44,779 bases of DNA from Gemmatimonadaceae bacterium (GTDB taxonomy: Bacteria; Gemmatimonadota; Gemmatimonadetes; Gemmatimonadales; Gemmatimonadaceae): NCBI GenBank assembly GCA_050733555.1, contig JBOHTE010000127.1, positions 1-44,779 of the forward strand, read 5' to 3'. Made by a program: the position numbers and the translations under genes. Positions within the stretch are counted from its first letter, which is position 1, and the number at the start of each line of letters is the position of its first letter. Positions 42,564 through 44,779 of the stretch are shown one piece after another. The notes under the pieces are model-generated. The model ran no database searches. It saw only the letters and a list, made by a program, of their open reading frames with translations, and was not told the DNA's origin.

Positions 42564-44072
42564 ATGGACAGGAGACCGACCCGATCGGACGGCAGCACGC
42601 GAATCAGGGGGACACGGGGTCGGCTACCGATCGAGTTGCTACCCCTGCCGGTGCTGCGCGTCGGTACTGCCGGCGCCATTCTCGAGTCCAACGAGGCTCT
42701 GGCGCGCGCATTACGTGGCGATCGCCTCGTCACCGGCCGGATGCTGGAGCATCTCGTGGAGCCGGGCGACGTGGAACCGGTGCGTGCACTGTTGCGTCGG
42801 CAGACGCCGCGGGGCGACGCCGTCACGCTCCATTTCGCGGCCGGTGATGGCACTCGCGCGCTCACCTTCGACGTACTCGTGTCGGGACACAGCATCTGGC
42901 TCGTGGCGCTCGCGGATCACGCAGAGATGTGTCGCACGGCGGTGGAGAGCGCAGCGGAAGCGAAGACGCGCTTCCTCTCCACCGTGTCGCACGAATTGCG
43001 GACTCCGCTGAATGCGGTGCTCGGCTACGCGGGACTGCTGCGCGACGGCGTCTATGGCCCGGTGACCGAACCGCAGGGTCGCGCGGTACGCGCCATCATG
43101 CGCCGCGCCCGTGATCTGCAGGTGCTCATCGACGACGTGCTGGCGCTCTCGCGCATCGAGAGCGGCAGCTTCGCGCTCGACACGGAGGAGTTCGACCCCG
43201 CGGTGGTCGTGGCGGAAATCAAGGACGCGATCCTGCCGTACGCTCGCGAGAAGGCGCTCTCGGTGACGGTACAATCCAGCATGCACGAACCCGTGACGCT
43301 CGATCGGGCGAAGTACAGGCAGATGGTGCTGCAACTGGCAGCGAACGCGGTGAAGTTCACGCCACCGCACGGCGACGTGCAACTGTCACTCAGCCACGAT
43401 ACGGGCGATCTGTTCACGACGCGCGTGCACGATACCGGCATCGGCATTGCGGCCGATGATCTGGAGCGCATCTTCGACAGCTTCGAGCAGGTCGAGAGCG
43501 GGACGACGCGCCGGTACTACGGTATCGGACTCGGCCTCTCCATCGCGAACCGCATCGTGCGACTGCTGGGTGGGACGATCGGGGTGGAGAGCACACCCGG
43601 CGCCGGCGCGACCTTCAGCGTGACGCTGCCCATGCACCATGACGCCGAGCCGGCGCCCGCTCCCGATGTCGCTGCGGACGACCACGCGGATGACCCGATG
43701 ATCGTCGCCATCGACGACGATCCCGAGGTGCTGTCGTTGCTGCGCGATTCGCTCATTCCGGCGCACTTCCGCGTTGTCGGCGCGCGGAGCGCCGACCAGG
43801 GTGTGCAACTGGCGCGTACGCTGCACCCGGTGGTGATTACGCTGGACATCATGATGCCCGACAGGGACGGCTGGCAGGTGCTGCGCGAGCTCAAGGCGGA
43901 CCCCGAGCTGCGCACGATCCCGGTGATCGTCCTGTCGAATCTCTCCGAACGCTCACGCGGGACCACGCTCGGCGCAGCCGAGTACCTGGTAAAGCCCGTG
44001 GAGCGGAACGTGCTCATCGCTACGATCGAGCGACTGCGGGCGGGACAGCAGCAGCAGTCGTATCTGCACTGA
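42564..44072 (+). CDS. hybrid sensor histidine kinase / response regulator
   Basis: PAS-like N-terminus. H-box 'FLSTVSHELRTPLNAVLGY', N-box 'QLAANAVKFT', G-boxes 'VHDTGIGI' and 'GIGLGLSIA'. C-terminal REC 'MIVAIDDDPE...VITLDIMMPDRDG...YLVKP'. Confidence 0.85.
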   Translation: MDRRPTRSDGSTRIRGTRGRLPIELLPLPVLRVGTAGAILESNEALARALRGDRLVTGRMLEHLVEPGDVEPVRALLRRQTPRGDAVTLHFAAGDGTRALTFDVLVSGHSIWLVALADHAEMCRTAVESAAEAKTRFLSTVSHELRTPLNAVLGYAGLLRDGVYGPVTEPQGRAVRAIMRRARDLQVLIDDVLALSRIESGSFALDTEEFDPAVVVAEIKDAILPYAREKALSVTVQSSMHEPVTLDRAKYRQMVLQLAANAVKFTPPHGDVQLSLSHDTGDLFTTRVHDTGIGIAADDLERIFDSFEQVESGTTRRYYGIGLGLSIANRIVRLLGGTIGVESTPGAGATFSVTLPMHHDAEPAPAPDVAADDHADDPMIVAIDDDPEVLSLLRDSLIPAHFRVVGARSADQGVQLARTLHPVVITLDIMMPDRDGWQVLRELKADPELRTIPVIVLSNLSERSRGTTLGAAEYLVKPVERNVLIATIERLRAGQQQQSYLH

Positions 44073-44222
44073 GTTCGCGCCGCTGATCCATCGGACGGTG
44101 TCCCCGACGCGGGCAGCGGGGCACGAGGACGCGCGGATCGTCGCCCCATTTCCATTCACCGTTCCGAACGCCACTATACTTCACGTACCCGCCGTTCCTG
44201 TCCGCCCTCATGCCTGCACGCC

Positions 44223-44779
44223 ATGTCCCGTCCGTTCCTGGGCGCGCTCGTCGCGCTCCTCGCTCTGCTCACGCCTGTGGTCGCCGGTGCGCAGCATGCC
44301 GCACCCGCCCCGGCCGATCTCATCGTCACGGCTGATCGCATCTACACCTCGAGTGATGCGCAGCCATTCGTCCGGGCCATGGCGATTCGCGACATGCGGA
44401 TCGTCTTCGCCGGGTCGCTGCGTGAGGTGACGGCGCTGCGCGGCCCGGCGACGCGCACGATTGATTTCCCCGGTCGCACGATCGTGCCGGGGCTGCAGGA
44501 TGCCCACGGCCATCTGCTGGGGCTGGGACAGTCGCTGAGCGAGGTGGACCTCAACGGCACCAGCTCGTACCAGCAGGTGATCGCGCGCGTCGCGGAGCGG
44601 GCGAAGCGGACGCCGCCGGGCCAATGGGTCACCGGTAACGGCTGGGATCAGAACGACTGGGGGAACACGAGCTTCCCCACGCACGACGCGCTCTCGCGTG
44701 CGGTGCCCGATCACCCCGTGGCGCTCAGTCGCGTGGATGGCCATGCCGTGCTGGCGAACGCGAAGGCCATGGCACTCGC
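44223..44779 (+). CDS. amidohydrolase-family (Amidohydro_3/YtcJ-like) protein, 3'-truncated by the window edge
   Basis: Not in the ORF track because it has no stop in the window; read directly from the DNA. ATG 44223 gives 'MSRPFLGALVALLALLTPVVAGAQ' (signal peptide), then 'ADLIVTADRIYT' and 'IVPGLQDAHGHLLGLG' (HxH metal motif). Confidence 0.7.
   Translation, partial: MSRPFLGALVALLALLTPVVAGAQHAAPAPADLIVTADRIYTSSDAQPFVRAMAIRDMRIVFAGSLREVTALRGPATRTIDFPGRTIVPGLQDAHGHLLGLGQSLSEVDLNGTSSYQQVIARVAERAKRTPPGQWVTGNGWDQNDWGNTSFPTHDALSRAVPDHPVALSRVDGHAVLANAKAMAL

Noticed and set aside
1-44779. Search for CRISPR arrays, tRNA/rRNA genes, IS elements, integrases or prophage genes
   Set aside because: I found no regularly spaced repeats, no tRNA-like cloverleaf candidates in the few intergenic gaps, and no transposase, integrase or recombinase motifs in any frame. 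The EPS island therefore shows no overt mobility genes within this window.

Overview
This is a very GC-rich, gene-dense bacterial chromosomal window. I saw no rRNA, tRNA, CRISPR array, transposase or integrase. All calls come from reading the ORF translations and the DNA by eye; no searches were run. Family names and TIGRFAM/Rfam accessions are quoted from memory and need confirmation.

Layout, left to right:
- 5-2462: GNAT acetyltransferase, cytidylate-kinase-like protein and a VWA protein.
- 2481-5170 (minus): operon of a sigma-54 (NtrC-type) response regulator and a soluble histidine kinase.
- About 5.8-29.1 kb: a roughly 23-kb Wzx/Wzy-dependent exopolysaccharide (EPS) island.
- 29156-31278: yggT, a 27-codon yggU (DUF167) remnant and a secreted glycoside-hydrolase-like protein.
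- 31389-37343: a structured leader (H-type pseudoknot resembling a SAM-II riboswitch, plus an intrinsic terminator) ahead of metH, a homocysteine-methyltransferase/MTHFR fusion and cbiX.
- 37353-44779: housekeeping-type genes, namely acyl-CoA dehydrogenase, M1 metallopeptidase, Zn alcohol dehydrogenase, a Yip1-like membrane protein, a hybrid histidine kinase and a 3'-truncated amidohydrolase.

The EPS island contains a Wzc-like BY-kinase, a degenerate REC-GGDEF protein, a short OPX export protein, an initiating sugar-phosphate transferase, Wzx, a Wzy/O-antigen-ligase-like protein and about six glycosyltransferases. It also has a tightly coupled 9-gene minus-strand operon: NodB deacetylase, FemAB-like protein, DegT aminotransferase, GT4, Wzy-like protein, second deacetylase, ATP-grasp protein, GT4 and a PHP phosphoesterase.

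Most interesting points:
- The EPS island carries genes typical of exosortase (XrtA)/PEP-CTERM loci, but no exosortase is in view. Its enzyme set suggests an aminoacylated amino-sugar polymer.
- Three candidate sigma-54 promoters sit in front of EPS transcription units, next to a sigma-54 activator.
- The REC-GGDEF protein has lost catalytic residues but keeps the RxxD I-site, so it may be a c-di-GMP receptor.
- The leader upstream of metH looks like a SAM-II riboswitch.

Many long ORFs in the six-frame track are antisense or out-of-frame shadow ORFs, as expected for high-GC DNA, and I rejected them.
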